DNA of 64,000 bases from Candidatus Colwellbacteria bacterium CG10_big_fil_rev_8_21_14_0_10_42_22 (GCA_002773725.1 PFAH01000007.1:19485-83484), one strand, 5' to 3'. Positions 10,545 through 21,003 are shown, counted from the stretch's first letter. Program-made: numbers and translations. The notes: a model not told the origin generated them from the sequence alone.

Positions 10545-11074
10545 TTCAGTTCCAAGTTCCCCAATTCATCGAAACAGAAGATAGAATAGTTGGTCCGCTT
10601 ACTTTAAGACAGTTTGTTTATGTCGGTGCGGCCGGTGCTATCTCGGGTATCTTGTTGTTTTTTTTAGAGCTGGGACTTTGGCTTTTTATAACGGCGATTT
10701 TGGGTGGTATCGCTGGTTTTTTAGCTTTTGGCAAGTTCAATGGACGCCCCATTACATACTTTCTGGTTTCTCTTTTTCAAAGCATTTGGTCTCCAAGCAT
10801 CTATGTCTTTAAACCCAAACAGAAAAATGCGCCCACCCTTCCCGAGCCCAAAGTTCAGTCCGTCAAAAAATCCCGCTCTATTAAAAAGCCCGACTTCGGT
10901 GGTGTCAAAAATCTTTGGACACAGATGAATACATCTAAAAATGCTATCCCCCACAGAGAAAAACCCCTACCCTCTAAGAAGGAGCCCTTTGGAGAAGTAG
11001 AGGACGAAAGATATCAGGCAGTTAGAAGTATTACTGGAGAAAGAGAAGTCGCAAAGAGAATAGATTACAGATAA
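10541..11074 (+). CDS. PrgI-family (VirB3-like) protein
   Basis: QFQVPQFIETEDRIVGPLTLRQF motif, two TM helices, KFNGRP. Confidence 0.88.
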   Translation: MIQFQVPQFIETEDRIVGPLTLRQFVYVGAAGAISGILLFFLELGLWLFITAILGGIAGFLAFGKFNGRPITYFLVSLFQSIWSPSIYVFKPKQKNAPTLPEPKVQSVKKSRSIKKPDFGGVKNLWTQMNTSKNAIPHREKPLPSKKEPFGEVEDERYQAVRSITGEREVAKRIDYR

Positions 11075-11122
11075 TAGGTGGGGGCTATAAACTACAAACT
11101 ATAAAATATAAACTAGTAAGAT

Positions 11123-13513
11123 ATGGCAGAAATTCAAAAAGCAAGATCGCAAGACCTAATTCCCGTTAAAGATATCAAAGACGGGGTAGTGTTTATGAAA
11201 AACGGCGGAATAAGACGCATCGTTATGGTTGATGGTATTAACTTCGACCTTAAATCGGAGGATGAGCAAAAAAGCATTATCGGCGCCTATCAAAACCTAA
11301 TCAATTCTTTGGATTTTTCTCTCCAAACAAACATTCACTCTCGAAAAATGAATGTGGAGGGATATTTGGAATCGCTCAAGAAAAGACAGGCGGAGGAACA
11401 AAATCAATTAATTAAAACCCAGCTGGAAGAATATAGGACGTTTATAGAATCCTTCGTTGGCGAGAACGCCATCATGCAAAAAAGCTTCTTTGTGGTTGTG
11501 CCTTATGAGCCCACCAGCGTACCCACTAGCGTAAGCGAGGTTGCTTCCGGTTTTTCGAAACTCTTCGGGGGGAAGAAGAAGAAAGATCAGGAAGAGGGGG
11601 ATCAAGATACACAAGTTGTCGGTAATCCAAACCCCGCCCACCTAGAACAACTTGCCTTAAGGGTAGAGCAAATTGTTAATGGCCTTAGACAAATGGGACT
11701 AAGGGCTGTTCCCCTAGAGGACAAAGAGCTTTTAGAAGTTTATTTCAACACCTATAATCCATCGGCTATAGAAAAACGCGGACAAGAAATCGGTAAACAG
11801 GCGGAGGGTGGCGTTCTAGAGGTTGAAAACATAATAGCTCCCGAAGCGTTAGAGGTTAGGCCCCAAAGCGTCAAGGTTGGGAACATGTTCGCCCGCACCC
11901 TTTTTGTGTTTAACTATCCTCGTTATCTTGTTGCGGGCTGGCTCTCTCCTATTATTAACATGCCCGAACTTATAGACGTCTCCATTTTTATACACCCAAC
12001 CCAAACGGGAACTGTTTTGAGAAATCTTAGAAAAAAAGTTGCCCAGCTCGAATCCCAGATTCAAGACGAAGCAGAAAAAGGGCTTGTGCGAAACCCAACG
12101 CTCGAAACCGCCTTTAGGGACGCCGAAGAACTGCGGGACTCCCTCTTACAATCCCAAGAAAAATTCTTTGATACCGGAATATATATCACCATTTATGCCG
12201 AAACAGAGAAGGAGCTTAATAAAATAGAAAGCAATGTTGTCGAAGCTCTCGACACCAAGCTTATTAATGTTAGGGCAGCTCAATTTGAACAACTAAAAGG
12301 GTTTAACTCTACCACCCCTATTGCTAAGGACGAACTTCAGGTCCACACCCCCCTAAACTCGGGCCCCGTTTCTTCGTTTTTCCCATTCCTGTCGGTTGAC
12401 CTCACCTCTGATGAAGGAGTAATGCACGGCGTTAATCGCCACAATAATACCCTTATCATCTTTGATCGCTTCTCATTAGAAAATGCCAATATGGTTATAT
12501 TCGCCAAGGCAGGTTCGGGTAAGTCGTATGCCGCCAAACTAGAGGTTTTGAGAAGCTTGATGCTCGGAACAGATGTCATTGTTGTAGATCCCGAAAATGA
12601 ATATGAGCGCCTGGCCGATGCTATTGGCGGAAGCGTCTTTAAGATTTCTCTGGATTCGGATAGCCACATAAATCCTTTTGAAATACCCATTGTGCCAGAG
12701 GATGAGACGCCCAGCGAGGTCCTTAAAAGCCACGTAGTGAACCTGACGGGCCTTTTGAAGCTAATGTTGGGAAAGATTGAGGCGCATGAAGAAGCGCTCT
12801 TAGATCAGGCCATAGCGGCCACCTACGCCTCTAGAGATATTACTCCCGACAAAGATTTTAAGGACAAAACTCCGCCTGTTTTGGAAGATTTGGAAGCGGT
12901 TTTGAGAAACACAGATGGCGGTAAGGAGATGGCGGAACGCCTTTATCGTTTCACCAAGGGTAGCTACGCCGGCTTTACCAATAGATCCACTAATGTAGAC
13001 ATCAAGAACCGTCTGATTGTTTTCTCTATTCGAGACCTAGAAGATGAGCTTCGTCCGGTTGCAATGTATATCATCCTTAATTTTGTTTGGAGCTTAATTA
13101 GGGCCGAGCTTAAAAAACGCGTTATGGTCATAGATGAAGCATGGTTGTTAATGAAAAACGAAGATAGTGCATCTTTTCTCTTTGGGCTCGCTAAGCGTTC
13201 TCGTAAATACTATTTGGGGCTTACTACCATCACCCAAGACGTAGAGGATTTCTTGGGCTCACCCTATGGTAGGCCAATTGTGACAAACTCCTCTTTACAG
13301 CTTTTGCTTAAACAATCTCCAGTCGCGATAGATTCTATCGGCAAAGCGTTTTCTTTAACAGATGTTGAGAAAAATTATTTATTAGAGACGGATATTGGTC
13401 AGGGTCTTTTTATAGCCGGTCTTAAACACGCTGCTATTCAAATTGTTCCGTCTTATTTTGAAGACCAACTTATAACCACTAATCCCGAAGAGGTTTTGGA
13501 ACAAAAAGATTAG
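11123..13513 (+). CDS. VirB4/TraC-like ATPase
   Basis: Walker A AKAGSGKS, VDPENEY, Walker B VIDEAW, RSRKY, ITQDVEDF. Confidence 0.9.
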   Translation: MAEIQKARSQDLIPVKDIKDGVVFMKNGGIRRIVMVDGINFDLKSEDEQKSIIGAYQNLINSLDFSLQTNIHSRKMNVEGYLESLKKRQAEEQNQLIKTQLEEYRTFIESFVGENAIMQKSFFVVVPYEPTSVPTSVSEVASGFSKLFGGKKKKDQEEGDQDTQVVGNPNPAHLEQLALRVEQIVNGLRQMGLRAVPLEDKELLEVYFNTYNPSAIEKRGQEIGKQAEGGVLEVENIIAPEALEVRPQSVKVGNMFARTLFVFNYPRYLVAGWLSPIINMPELIDVSIFIHPTQTGTVLRNLRKKVAQLESQIQDEAEKGLVRNPTLETAFRDAEELRDSLLQSQEKFFDTGIYITIYAETEKELNKIESNVVEALDTKLINVRAAQFEQLKGFNSTTPIAKDELQVHTPLNSGPVSSFFPFLSVDLTSDEGVMHGVNRHNNTLIIFDRFSLENANMVIFAKAGSGKSYAAKLEVLRSLMLGTDVIVVDPENEYERLADAIGGSVFKISLDSDSHINPFEIPIVPEDETPSEVLKSHVVNLTGLLKLMLGKIEAHEEALLDQAIAATYASRDITPDKDFKDKTPPVLEDLEAVLRNTDGGKEMAERLYRFTKGSYAGFTNRSTNVDIKNRLIVFSIRDLEDELRPVAMYIILNFVWSLIRAELKKRVMVIDEAWLLMKNEDSASFLFGLAKRSRKYYLGLTTITQDVEDFLGSPYGRPIVTNSSLQLLLKQSPVAIDSIGKAFSLTDVEKNYLLETDIGQGLFIAGLKHAAIQIVPSYFEDQLITTNPEEVLEQKD

Positions 13514-13524
13514 TTTTTATTTTC

Positions 13525-13911
13525 ATGAAAGACAAAAAAATTGGTTTGCCTGAGCTGGTCCTCTTAACCATTCCTATAGCCGGTCTTGAGTTATTAGAGG
13601 CAATTACTATGGACGGGTCGTCGTTAATTTTTCCAGCAGAGCTATCTATCGTTGCCGTAACTCAAATTTATTTAAACATGAAGGGCGTCCATGTAAGTGC
13701 TCAAAAAAAGCAAGCCGTTGGCAACGTTTTGGAGCTCATACCAGGAATTGGAATTTTACCGATCAGAACAATCTCTTGGTTTATGGCGGTCAGGGGCGCG
13801 AACAAAGAAGCTGAAAAAGAGGACCAAGAAGAGCAGGAGAAAAAAAGCAAGGTTGTTCAAATGAACGACCGAGCAAAAAACGCTCTTGATGGGTTGCGTC
13901 GTGCTGCCTAG
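13525..13911 (+). CDS. Hypothetical membrane protein
   Basis: Hydrophobic segments, ELIPGIGILP motif; follows virB4. Confidence 0.65.
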   Translation: MKDKKIGLPELVLLTIPIAGLELLEAITMDGSSLIFPAELSIVAVTQIYLNMKGVHVSAQKKQAVGNVLELIPGIGILPIRTISWFMAVRGANKEAEKEDQEEQEKKSKVVQMNDRAKNALDGLRRAA

Positions 13912-14342
13912 TTGTCTGCTGGATTAACAACGACGTGCCTTTCTTTGTCTTCTCCTTCACTTTCCGTATGAACATTTGGATTCATAGATAGCTCCGTATG
14001 GACCAACCTCCTTTCGTATGCATTCATAGCCGGCAAAGGCACTGCTCCGTTCGTCACGGCGGCCTTCTTGGCGGCAGCCCTAGCAAGTTTTGTTATGAGG
14101 GTTTCTCTTTCTTTGCGATAGTCGTTCACGTCCACGGATATATGGATGTGTTTCTCTTTAGCAATTTGTCTTGCTAGGTGGGTAATGGAGCTCACCAGCT
14201 CTGGAGTTCTTGTTGGAGAAACAACCCTGTCTCTAATAACAATAGTAATCTTTTCCTCTTTTTCGTCTGTTTCTATACGCAAGCTGTCGAAACCAACTAC
14301 ATCAAGCGCTTTCTGAATTTTGTTCTTTATTTCTTCCATCAT
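13908..14342 (-). CDS. jag: Jag/KhpB-like KH-R3H RNA-binding protein
   Basis: VDVNDYRKER, LPAMNAYERRLVH (R3H), TESEGE; downstream of yidC. Confidence 0.88.
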   Translation of the reverse strand: MMEEIKNKIQKALDVVGFDSLRIETDEKEEKITIVIRDRVVSPTRTPELVSSITHLARQIAKEKHIHISVDVNDYRKERETLITKLARAAAKKAAVTNGAVPLPAMNAYERRLVHTELSMNPNVHTESEGEDKERHVVVNPADN

Positions 14343-15075
14343 TAACAAGTGGTGTCTTTTGTTTCTCTGCTTCCATAGATTTATCTACTATTGCCTGTTG
14401 AAATATAGAGAATATTGTAGTGGTTAGCCAGTATAGCCCTATGGCCGCCGGCAAGCTAGTCAAAATTAAGAGGGTAAAGACGGGCATAAACAATACCATT
14501 CGTTTGCCTATCTTTTCTGCGGGTGAATCGCTCGCCTTACTTCTTCCGGCACCCTTTCTAGAAAAAGCAGTTTTGCCCTGAAAGTATTGAGCTATGGCAG
14601 CCATAATGGCTACAGCTAAGCTTGGAATTGTTAGGTCTTGAATAATTCCTAAAAAATCGTGGCTGGGCACTTCGGGAAGTTGAATAAACGGGTACAGAAG
14701 GTCTAGGGCTCCGTTTTCAAAACCATTAATGAAAATTCTATATACAGCAAAAATGATGGGGAGCTGTATAAGGAGGACCAGTATCGGCGTAAGGGGATTT
14801 ATTTTGTGTCTGCCATATAGCTCTATTATTTCTTTTGCCTGTTTCTCCTTATCGTCTTTATGTTTTTTCTGGATTTTTTTTATCTCCGGCTGAAGATTTT
14901 GAGTAATACGTTGGTGCTTAACTGTTTTGTGGAAAAGAGGAAACAGTAAAAACCTCACCGCTAAGGTAAAAAGAATAATAGCAACACCTAGGTCTTGAAA
15001 AGCAACGTTTTGGTATAACCATGCTAAGGCATTAAAAAGAGGTCTGTATAAAATTTCTGTGAAGAGGGCTCTCAT
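14302..15075 (-). CDS. yidC: Membrane protein insertase YidC/Oxa1
   Basis: GVAIILFTLAVRFLLFPL, LIQLPI, LPAAIGLYW; conserved synteny. Confidence 0.93.
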   Translation of the reverse strand: MRALFTEILYRPLFNALAWLYQNVAFQDLGVAIILFTLAVRFLLFPLFHKTVKHQRITQNLQPEIKKIQKKHKDDKEKQAKEIIELYGRHKINPLTPILVLLIQLPIIFAVYRIFINGFENGALDLLYPFIQLPEVPSHDFLGIIQDLTIPSLAVAIMAAIAQYFQGKTAFSRKGAGRSKASDSPAEKIGKRMVLFMPVFTLLILTSLPAAIGLYWLTTTIFSIFQQAIVDKSMEAEKQKTPLVNDGRNKEQNSESA

Positions 15076-15419
15076 TTATTTTCTTGTATTAATCGCTCCT
15101 TCAGCTTTTGCAGGTCTTCCTCTACGCCCACCCTTGTTTCGCGACTAAGCTTTATGATAGGGGCGGTTGTTATTATCAGCAAGTCCTTGCCCCTTAAAGA
15201 TTCCTGGTGCGCCTCAAAAGAAAACGCTTTATATATTATTCTTCTAAGGGCGTTTCTGGTGGCCGCCTTTTTAACTTTTCCGGCCGAAAAAGACACTCCC
15301 AATCTAAAAAGCTCAACTTCGTTTGTGGCCATTTTGGCTAAAAACGTTTGTCCCCTAAAAGCAACTTCCGCCTTTGGCGGAAAGTTGCTGATATTAAGCT
15401 TGTTTTTTTTAGGAAGCAC
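15072..15419 (-). CDS. rnpA: RNase P protein component
   Basis: LPKKNKL start, KVKKAATRNALRR (RNR-like motif); sits between rpmH and yidC. Confidence 0.85.
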   Translation of the reverse strand: MLPKKNKLNISNFPPKAEVAFRGQTFLAKMATNEVELFRLGVSFSAGKVKKAATRNALRRIIYKAFSFEAHQESLRGKDLLIITTAPIIKLSRETRVGVEEDLQKLKERLIQENK

Positions 15420-15429
15420 CGAGCTGGTC

Positions 15430-15567
15430 TTAAACGGTGAGTTTCTTTCTACCTTTTGTTCTTCTTTTTTGAAGAACGTTTTTTCCTCCAGGACTGCTTC
15501 TTCTTTTCAAAAAGCCGTGTTTCTTTGCACGTTTTCCTTTTTTGGGCTGATAGGTTCTCTTTGGCAT
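15430..15567 (-). CDS. rpmH: 50S ribosomal protein L34
   Basis: [22 protein letters not shown]...GRKKLTV from ATG at 15567. Confidence 0.95.
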   Translation of the reverse strand: MPKRTYQPKKGKRAKKHGFLKRRSSPGGKNVLQKRRTKGRKKLTV

Positions 15568-15700
15568 AACGCGAATCATTATATCCAAAAGTTCTGTCTT
15601 TGTTAATCCCTCTTTATTGGGCGCTTCTTCTCTCCACAGATAATTCACATACTTGCTCTTTGCTGGGTGTTTGACGGACGAGTTTCATCCAATAAGATAT

Positions 15701-17098
15701 ATGGGTATGGAAAAGCAGCTTGTAGAACCCAACAACCTGGACGAGCTTTGGAGAGCCGCTCTCTCCGAAATAGAAATTCAGGTATCTAAGCCCAGCTTTT
15801 CTACGTGGCTTAGAAACAGCAAGTTGCTCGAGAACCGCAACGGCTCCGCCTTGATTGCTCTTCCAAACAGTTTTGCTAAAGAGTGGGTCGAGAGCAAATA
15901 TCATAAATTAATTTTAGGATCTATTCGCTCGATCGACAGCGAAACTAAAAGCGTGGAGTTCGTAGTTGAGGGAAGTTTGTCTCAAAAAACTATTTCCAGA
16001 CGCCATAGAGAGGCGCGCCAACAACAAGAAGAGAGGCAATTAGTGTTTCAGGAAATGCGCGTAGATCCTGCCACCGGCCTTAATCCTAGATATAATTTGA
16101 ATACATTTATTGTCGCGTCTTTTAATGAGCTAGCCCACTCGGCCGCTCAAGCAGTCATAGAAAATGTCGGTTCTAAATATAATCCCCTGTTTATATACGG
16201 AGGCGTTGGCCTTGGAAAAACGCACCTTATCCAAGGTATGGGCAACGAAATTCGAACTCTTTCTGGCGGTAAGGTGGGGGTTAAATACGTTACTTCGGAA
16301 AAGTTCACTAACGACGTTATCTGGGCTATTAAGAATAGGCGGGCCGAAGACATTAAAAAGGCGTACAGGGAGGCGGATGTTCTTATAATCGACGATATTC
16401 AGTTTCTGGGAGGCAAAGAAACGTCTCAAGAGGAATTCTTTCACACATTTAATGCTCTTCACGAAAACAACAAGCAGATTATTATATCTTCCGATCGACC
16501 GCCCTCTGCCATTCCCCGCTTAGAAGACCGTCTCCGCTCCCGTTTCGAGGGCGGAATGATAGCAGACATTAGCTACCCTGAATATGAGGCAAGGTTTGCC
16601 ATCGCCAAAACAAAACTCCAAGAAAAAGGGGCGTCTCTGGACGATAGGGTTGTGGACTTGGTGGCTAAAAGGGTTCAAAAAAATATTCGTGAAATAGAGG
16701 GTATTCTTAACAAGCTCGTCTTTCACCAAATTACATATAAGAGACCTCTCGACATTCCTACAACAGAAAAAATTATTTCTGAGGTAACTAATCGCTCTGC
16801 TTCGCGAGCAACTCCCAGCCAAGTTCTAAAAGCGGTGTCTGGGTTCTATGAGGTTTCGGCGGTTGACATGGTCGGGCGATCTAGAAATAAAGAGTTTGTC
16901 GAGCCTCGCCAAATCTGCATGTATCTTTTAAGGGAGCTTTTAAGCATGTCCTATCCAGACATTGCCAGCAGAGTGGGTAAAAGAGACCACACAACGGCCA
17001 TTTATGCTTACAAGAAAATTGCGGACAGCGTGGAGAAAAATCCGGAGCTTAGTCGAAAGATATTGTTAATCAAAGAGGATGTTAATAAGTTTGAGTAA
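15701..17098 (+). CDS. dnaA: Chromosomal replication initiator DnaA
   Basis: YNPLFIYGGVGLGKTHL, LIIDDIQFL, QEEFFHTFN, RLRSRF, RDHTT. Start uncertain (15701 or 15707). Confidence 0.97.
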   Translation: MGMEKQLVEPNNLDELWRAALSEIEIQVSKPSFSTWLRNSKLLENRNGSALIALPNSFAKEWVESKYHKLILGSIRSIDSETKSVEFVVEGSLSQKTISRRHREARQQQEERQLVFQEMRVDPATGLNPRYNLNTFIVASFNELAHSAAQAVIENVGSKYNPLFIYGGVGLGKTHLIQGMGNEIRTLSGGKVGVKYVTSEKFTNDVIWAIKNRRAEDIKKAYREADVLIIDDIQFLGGKETSQEEFFHTFNALHENNKQIIISSDRPPSAIPRLEDRLRSRFEGGMIADISYPEYEARFAIAKTKLQEKGASLDDRVVDLVAKRVQKNIREIEGILNKLVFHQITYKRPLDIPTTEKIISEVTNRSASRATPSQVLKAVSGFYEVSAVDMVGRSRNKEFVEPRQICMYLLRELLSMSYPDIASRVGKRDHTTAIYAYKKIADSVEKNPELSRKILLIKEDVNKFE

Positions 17099-17295
17099 AT
17101 GTTGTTTATTTCCTATGACTAGCTTCTGTAAAAAAAATTACTTACTGTTAAAGAGTGGAGCAAGGAGGTTTTTTATAACACCCACGCTCACAGTTTATAA
17201 AAACTTCTTAGGTGCGCTTTCCCTTCTGTCAGAGCGGATACCTTTCGACTTGTCCACAAATCCACAGCCACTACTACTATTTAATAAATAAATAA
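17099..17295. other. Candidate oriC (dnaA-dnaN intergenic region)
   Basis: DnaA-box-like TTGTCCACA (17250-17258) and AAATCCACA (17258-17266), followed by CTACTACTA trinucleotide repeats and an AT-rich (TAAA)n tract. Confidence 0.6.
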
Positions 17296-18402
17296 ATGAA
17301 AATAATTATCTTAAAAGAAAGTCTCAAAAATGGTCTTGATGCTGTGGGCAGAGCTGTTGGATCCAACACGAACCTGCCAGTACTAAGTAGCGTTTTGATA
17401 AAGGCATCTGGTAGTCAAATCAAGATGTCTGCGACCAATCTAGAATTAGCTCTTACGAAAACCGTTTTTGGCAAGATAATAGAAGAAGGATCTTTGGTCG
17501 TCCCTTATGCTATTTTGGCTGGCATGGTGAACAATATATCAACAGAAAGAGTAAACCTCGAAGCAAAGGCGGGCAACCTCATCGTCAAGACGGACAACTA
17601 CGAAGCGTCTATTCAAGGCACGGACGAGAAAGAGTTTCCCATAATTCCGACCATTAAAAGTAAGAAAGAGAAGCTGGAGATAGAAAGCACGACCCTCAAA
17701 GAAGCTCTTTCTAAGACATCTTTAGCGGCCGAAATTTCGGACTTAAGGCCGGAGATAAGCGGGGTGCTTTTTTCCATAGAGCCGTCGCTTCTAAAGATAG
17801 TAGCCACCGACAGTTTTCGACTAGCAGAGGCCAGAATATCAGGTGAACAAATCAAGAGCACGTTTGAGAAGGGGTCAGATACCACCATCCCCCTCAAAGC
17901 CGCACAAGAACTCCCCAGAGTTGCTCCAGAGAAAGGATTTATCACCCTCTATACGGACGAGACACAAGCTCTTTTTGAGGCAGAGGGTGTGGAACTAATA
18001 ACAAGGGTTATCGAAGGCAAATTTCCGGACTACCAAGCGATTGTTCCTAAGGAAATAGAAACGGAGGTTCTGGTAGAGAGAGACGATTTGATAAACGGCC
18101 TCAAGTTGACGGGCTCGTTCTCTGGAAGAAGTAACGAGGTGGTGCTAAAAACAGGGTCAAAGAAAATGCTAGAACTATCTGCTAGCGACAGCGGAGTAGG
18201 TAAAAATAAATATATTATCCCAGCCAAGATAAACGGACCCGACACAGAGACAGTTTTTAATTGGCAATACCTTCTAGACGGCATACGCAATGAACGCTCT
18301 AAGAACGTATCCTTGGGAATAAACGGAGAAGAGAGGCCAACCTTGGTCAAGTCCCCCGAGAGCGGATCCTATTACTACATATTAATGCCCATAAGGGCCT
18401 AG
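17296..18402 (+). CDS. dnaN: DNA polymerase III beta clamp
   Basis: SATNLE, VATDSFRLA, GKFPDYQAIVP, C-terminal ILMPIR. Confidence 0.96.
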   Translation: MKIIILKESLKNGLDAVGRAVGSNTNLPVLSSVLIKASGSQIKMSATNLELALTKTVFGKIIEEGSLVVPYAILAGMVNNISTERVNLEAKAGNLIVKTDNYEASIQGTDEKEFPIIPTIKSKKEKLEIESTTLKEALSKTSLAAEISDLRPEISGVLFSIEPSLLKIVATDSFRLAEARISGEQIKSTFEKGSDTTIPLKAAQELPRVAPEKGFITLYTDETQALFEAEGVELITRVIEGKFPDYQAIVPKEIETEVLVERDDLINGLKLTGSFSGRSNEVVLKTGSKKMLELSASDSGVGKNKYIIPAKINGPDTETVFNWQYLLDGIRNERSKNVSLGINGEERPTLVKSPESGSYYYILMPIRA

Positions 18403-18415
18403 CCCAAAAAGACGC

Positions 18416-20806
18416 CTATCTATAAACGATAATTTCCTTACGGGCTTTGCTCCCGTCTTCGTTCAAGACCTCCACAAGAAGGGCTCTTTGAAGCGACGCG
18501 CCTTTTAGTTCCACCTCCTCTTCCAGGCGGACGTTCTTGCCCAAATTTCCTGACTTGGATTTAATCAAAACGTCGTCAACGTAGACCTTAATCCCCTCAA
18601 CGTCTCTCGACGACCCAACCTCTACTACAAGCGTAAAGATGTTCGCGACCTCGTCGCCATTTTGTGGAGAAACAAAGATAATGCTTGTTTCGTTTGTGTC
18701 TTTGTCTTGAGAGAGCTCCGACACCGCGGGTATCTTAATAGATCCCTCTCCATTAACGCTTAGCCACCCCCTGACACCGGCTTCCCAATTAGCGTATTGA
18801 GAATCCCCAGTCCTGCCCAAGTAATAAAGTATGTTATGGAACTCTCCCTTTACGAGCTTTCCAGACAATACGGGGTTGTCCGAGAGCATTGGTTCTGGCG
18901 TCGGAAACGTCTCCGATGGCAGAAGCGGCTGGGCCTGCGACATAAAATCGTGCCACATAGGAATAGCAGCCAACAAACTGCTTCCCCTAGCGCCCAACGC
19001 ATTGCGATTGTTGTTACCGGCCCAAACACCAGCAACCAAGTTGGGGGTGTAGCCAATACTCCAAGCGTCTACATAATCGTTTGTAGTACCTGTTTTAAGT
19101 GCAACCTGATAGCCGGACACTTGGGTTAAGGGCAAACTTGCTGTAAAAAGCCCGGAGCGGAGACCGACGTCCGAAAGAATTTGGTTGATAATTCGTGGAT
19201 ATTGAGAATCGACAACTTGTCGCCCCCGATCTTTATATTCTTCCAGAACCCTTCCTTTTGCATCCTCTATCTTCAAAATTAGCGTTGGCTCGTGGAGCGC
19301 CCCGTCGTTGGCCAGAACAGAATAGGCAGTCAGGAGCTCCACCATTTTTACTTCTCCTCCGCCCAAAACAAGAGACAGACCAAAGCGCTCAGGATCTTTA
19401 AAAGTCGTAATCCCAAAATCTTCGGCAACCCCGATTGCATTATTTAACCCCCCTAAGTAAAGGGCCTTAACCGAGGGCACGTTGATAGATTGAGCAAGGC
19501 CTTGTTTCAACGGTACTGGTCCGCGAAAGACAAGGTCGAAGTTCTTGGGATTATAGCAATTAGGTGGACAGTTGACTGAGAATTCGGTGGGCACGTCCCA
19601 GACAATAGTATCGGGCGTTAGTCCCTGTTTAAAAGCGGAAAGATAGGCAAAGGGTTTAAATGCTGACCCCGGCTGACGTAGGGCCTGCAAAGCTACGTTG
19701 AAGTTTCCTTCAAAAGCACAATCAACGCCCTCTCGACACCCCTCCGGTTCGGATTCTGCAAAATAATCCCTAGAGCCGACCATTGCCAACACTTGGCCGG
19801 TTTTCGGGTCCATGGCCAACAGCGCGCCGTTATGACCGGCATAAAGTTCTTTGTTTCTAAGAACACCTTTTTCAACCGCCTTTTCGGCAATTTGTTGCAT
19901 ATCCCAATTAAGAGTGGTAGTTACCTTCAGTCCCCCCGTTCGCAAAGCGTCCTCGCCATACTTGTCGCGCAAATATTCCTGAACAGCAATTGCAAAATGA
20001 GGAGCAGAAATACCCATTTCAGAGCGTGGCTCAATCTCCGGCAAATCTTCGCCAGCCCCGGAGCGCTCGCCCTCGTCGATATAGCCGAGACCCAACATGC
20101 TTTCTAAGACCAGGTTTTTGCGCCTTTTAAGATCGTCCCTATGGCTTCCCCAAGGAGAATAATAACTCGGCGCTTGTGGTAGAGCCGCCAAAACAGCCGC
20201 CTCGTTCAAATCAACTTCGGACACCGGTTTGCCAAAATATGCCCGCGACGCCCCCTCAACACCATAAATATTAGGACCATATGGAACTTGGTTAAGATAG
20301 AGGTCTAGAATTTGTTCCTTTGAAAAAGCGCGTTCCAGCTTAATAGCAAGCACGGCTTCTCTTAGTTTGCGCGTAATTGTTTTCTCGGCAGATAAAAAGG
20401 TGTTTCTAGCCAATTGTTGGGTGATGGTTGACCCTCCCTGATCTAGGCGCCCCCTAACAATGTTTATGAAAAACGCCCTAACAATGCCTCGCAAATCAAA
20501 AGCGCCGTGGTAATAAAAAGAAGAGTCCTCTATAGCCAGAGTTGCTCTTCTCAAAACGTCTGGGATTTCTTCAGCCGGCACAACCGTTCTTTTCTCTTCT
20601 TTGTATATCTCGTAAAAAAGAATTTTTCCTTCACGATCATATAGCTTAGTAGATTCGGCTATATTAAAGCTTTCTATTTGGCCGGATTCCGGCAGATTAG
20701 TGGTGAAATATATAAAACCTAAATAAAGAATAGATAAGATTATAGAAGCCGACCCCAAAACGCTAATTTTTCTCAAACGCTCGTTTAGAAACATATTTTT
20801 AAGCAT
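18416..20806 (-). CDS. Class A penicillin-binding protein (transglycosylase/transpeptidase)
   Basis: AIEDSSFYYH, QGGSTITQQLARN, SxxK (GSAFKP), SIN, KTGTT. Confidence 0.93.
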   Translation of the reverse strand: MLKNMFLNERLRKISVLGSASIILSILYLGFIYFTTNLPESGQIESFNIAESTKLYDREGKILFYEIYKEEKRTVVPAEEIPDVLRRATLAIEDSSFYYHGAFDLRGIVRAFFINIVRGRLDQGGSTITQQLARNTFLSAEKTITRKLREAVLAIKLERAFSKEQILDLYLNQVPYGPNIYGVEGASRAYFGKPVSEVDLNEAAVLAALPQAPSYYSPWGSHRDDLKRRKNLVLESMLGLGYIDEGERSGAGEDLPEIEPRSEMGISAPHFAIAVQEYLRDKYGEDALRTGGLKVTTTLNWDMQQIAEKAVEKGVLRNKELYAGHNGALLAMDPKTGQVLAMVGSRDYFAESEPEGCREGVDCAFEGNFNVALQALRQPGSAFKPFAYLSAFKQGLTPDTIVWDVPTEFSVNCPPNCYNPKNFDLVFRGPVPLKQGLAQSINVPSVKALYLGGLNNAIGVAEDFGITTFKDPERFGLSLVLGGGEVKMVELLTAYSVLANDGALHEPTLILKIEDAKGRVLEEYKDRGRQVVDSQYPRIINQILSDVGLRSGLFTASLPLTQVSGYQVALKTGTTNDYVDAWSIGYTPNLVAGVWAGNNNRNALGARGSSLLAAIPMWHDFMSQAQPLLPSETFPTPEPMLSDNPVLSGKLVKGEFHNILYYLGRTGDSQYANWEAGVRGWLSVNGEGSIKIPAVSELSQDKDTNETSIIFVSPQNGDEVANIFTLVVEVGSSRDVEGIKVYVDDVLIKSKSGNLGKNVRLEEEVELKGASLQRALLVEVLNEDGSKARKEIIVYR

Positions 20807-20821
20807 ATCTTTATTTTAAAG

Positions 20822-20853
20822 CAAAGCCGCCCCTTTTTAATAGGGCGGCTTTG
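20822..20853. terminator. Hairpin downstream of the acidic small ORF
   Basis: CAAAGCCGCCC ... GGGCGGCTTTG inverted repeat. Confidence 0.65.
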
Positions 20854-20856
20854 TTA

Positions 20857-21003
20857 TTACATTTCTTCGTCTTCGTCCAAGTCGTCTTCGTCTTCGTCTT
20901 CGTCTTCTTCCACGTCCCCCTCGGCTACATCATCATCGTCCTCGTCGACGTCGGGGCCAAAGCCGTCGTCGTCCTGAAGAAGAACTTTTTCTTCGAAATC
21001 CAT
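20857..21003 (-). CDS. 48-aa ultra-acidic small protein
   Basis: MDFEEKVLLQDDDGFGPDVDEDDDDVAEGDVEEDEDEDEDDLDEDEEM*, 30 of 48 residues D/E, followed directly by a hairpin. Below the ORF-track cutoff. Confidence 0.65.
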   Translation of the reverse strand: MDFEEKVLLQDDDGFGPDVDEDDDDVAEGDVEEDEDEDEDDLDEDEEM

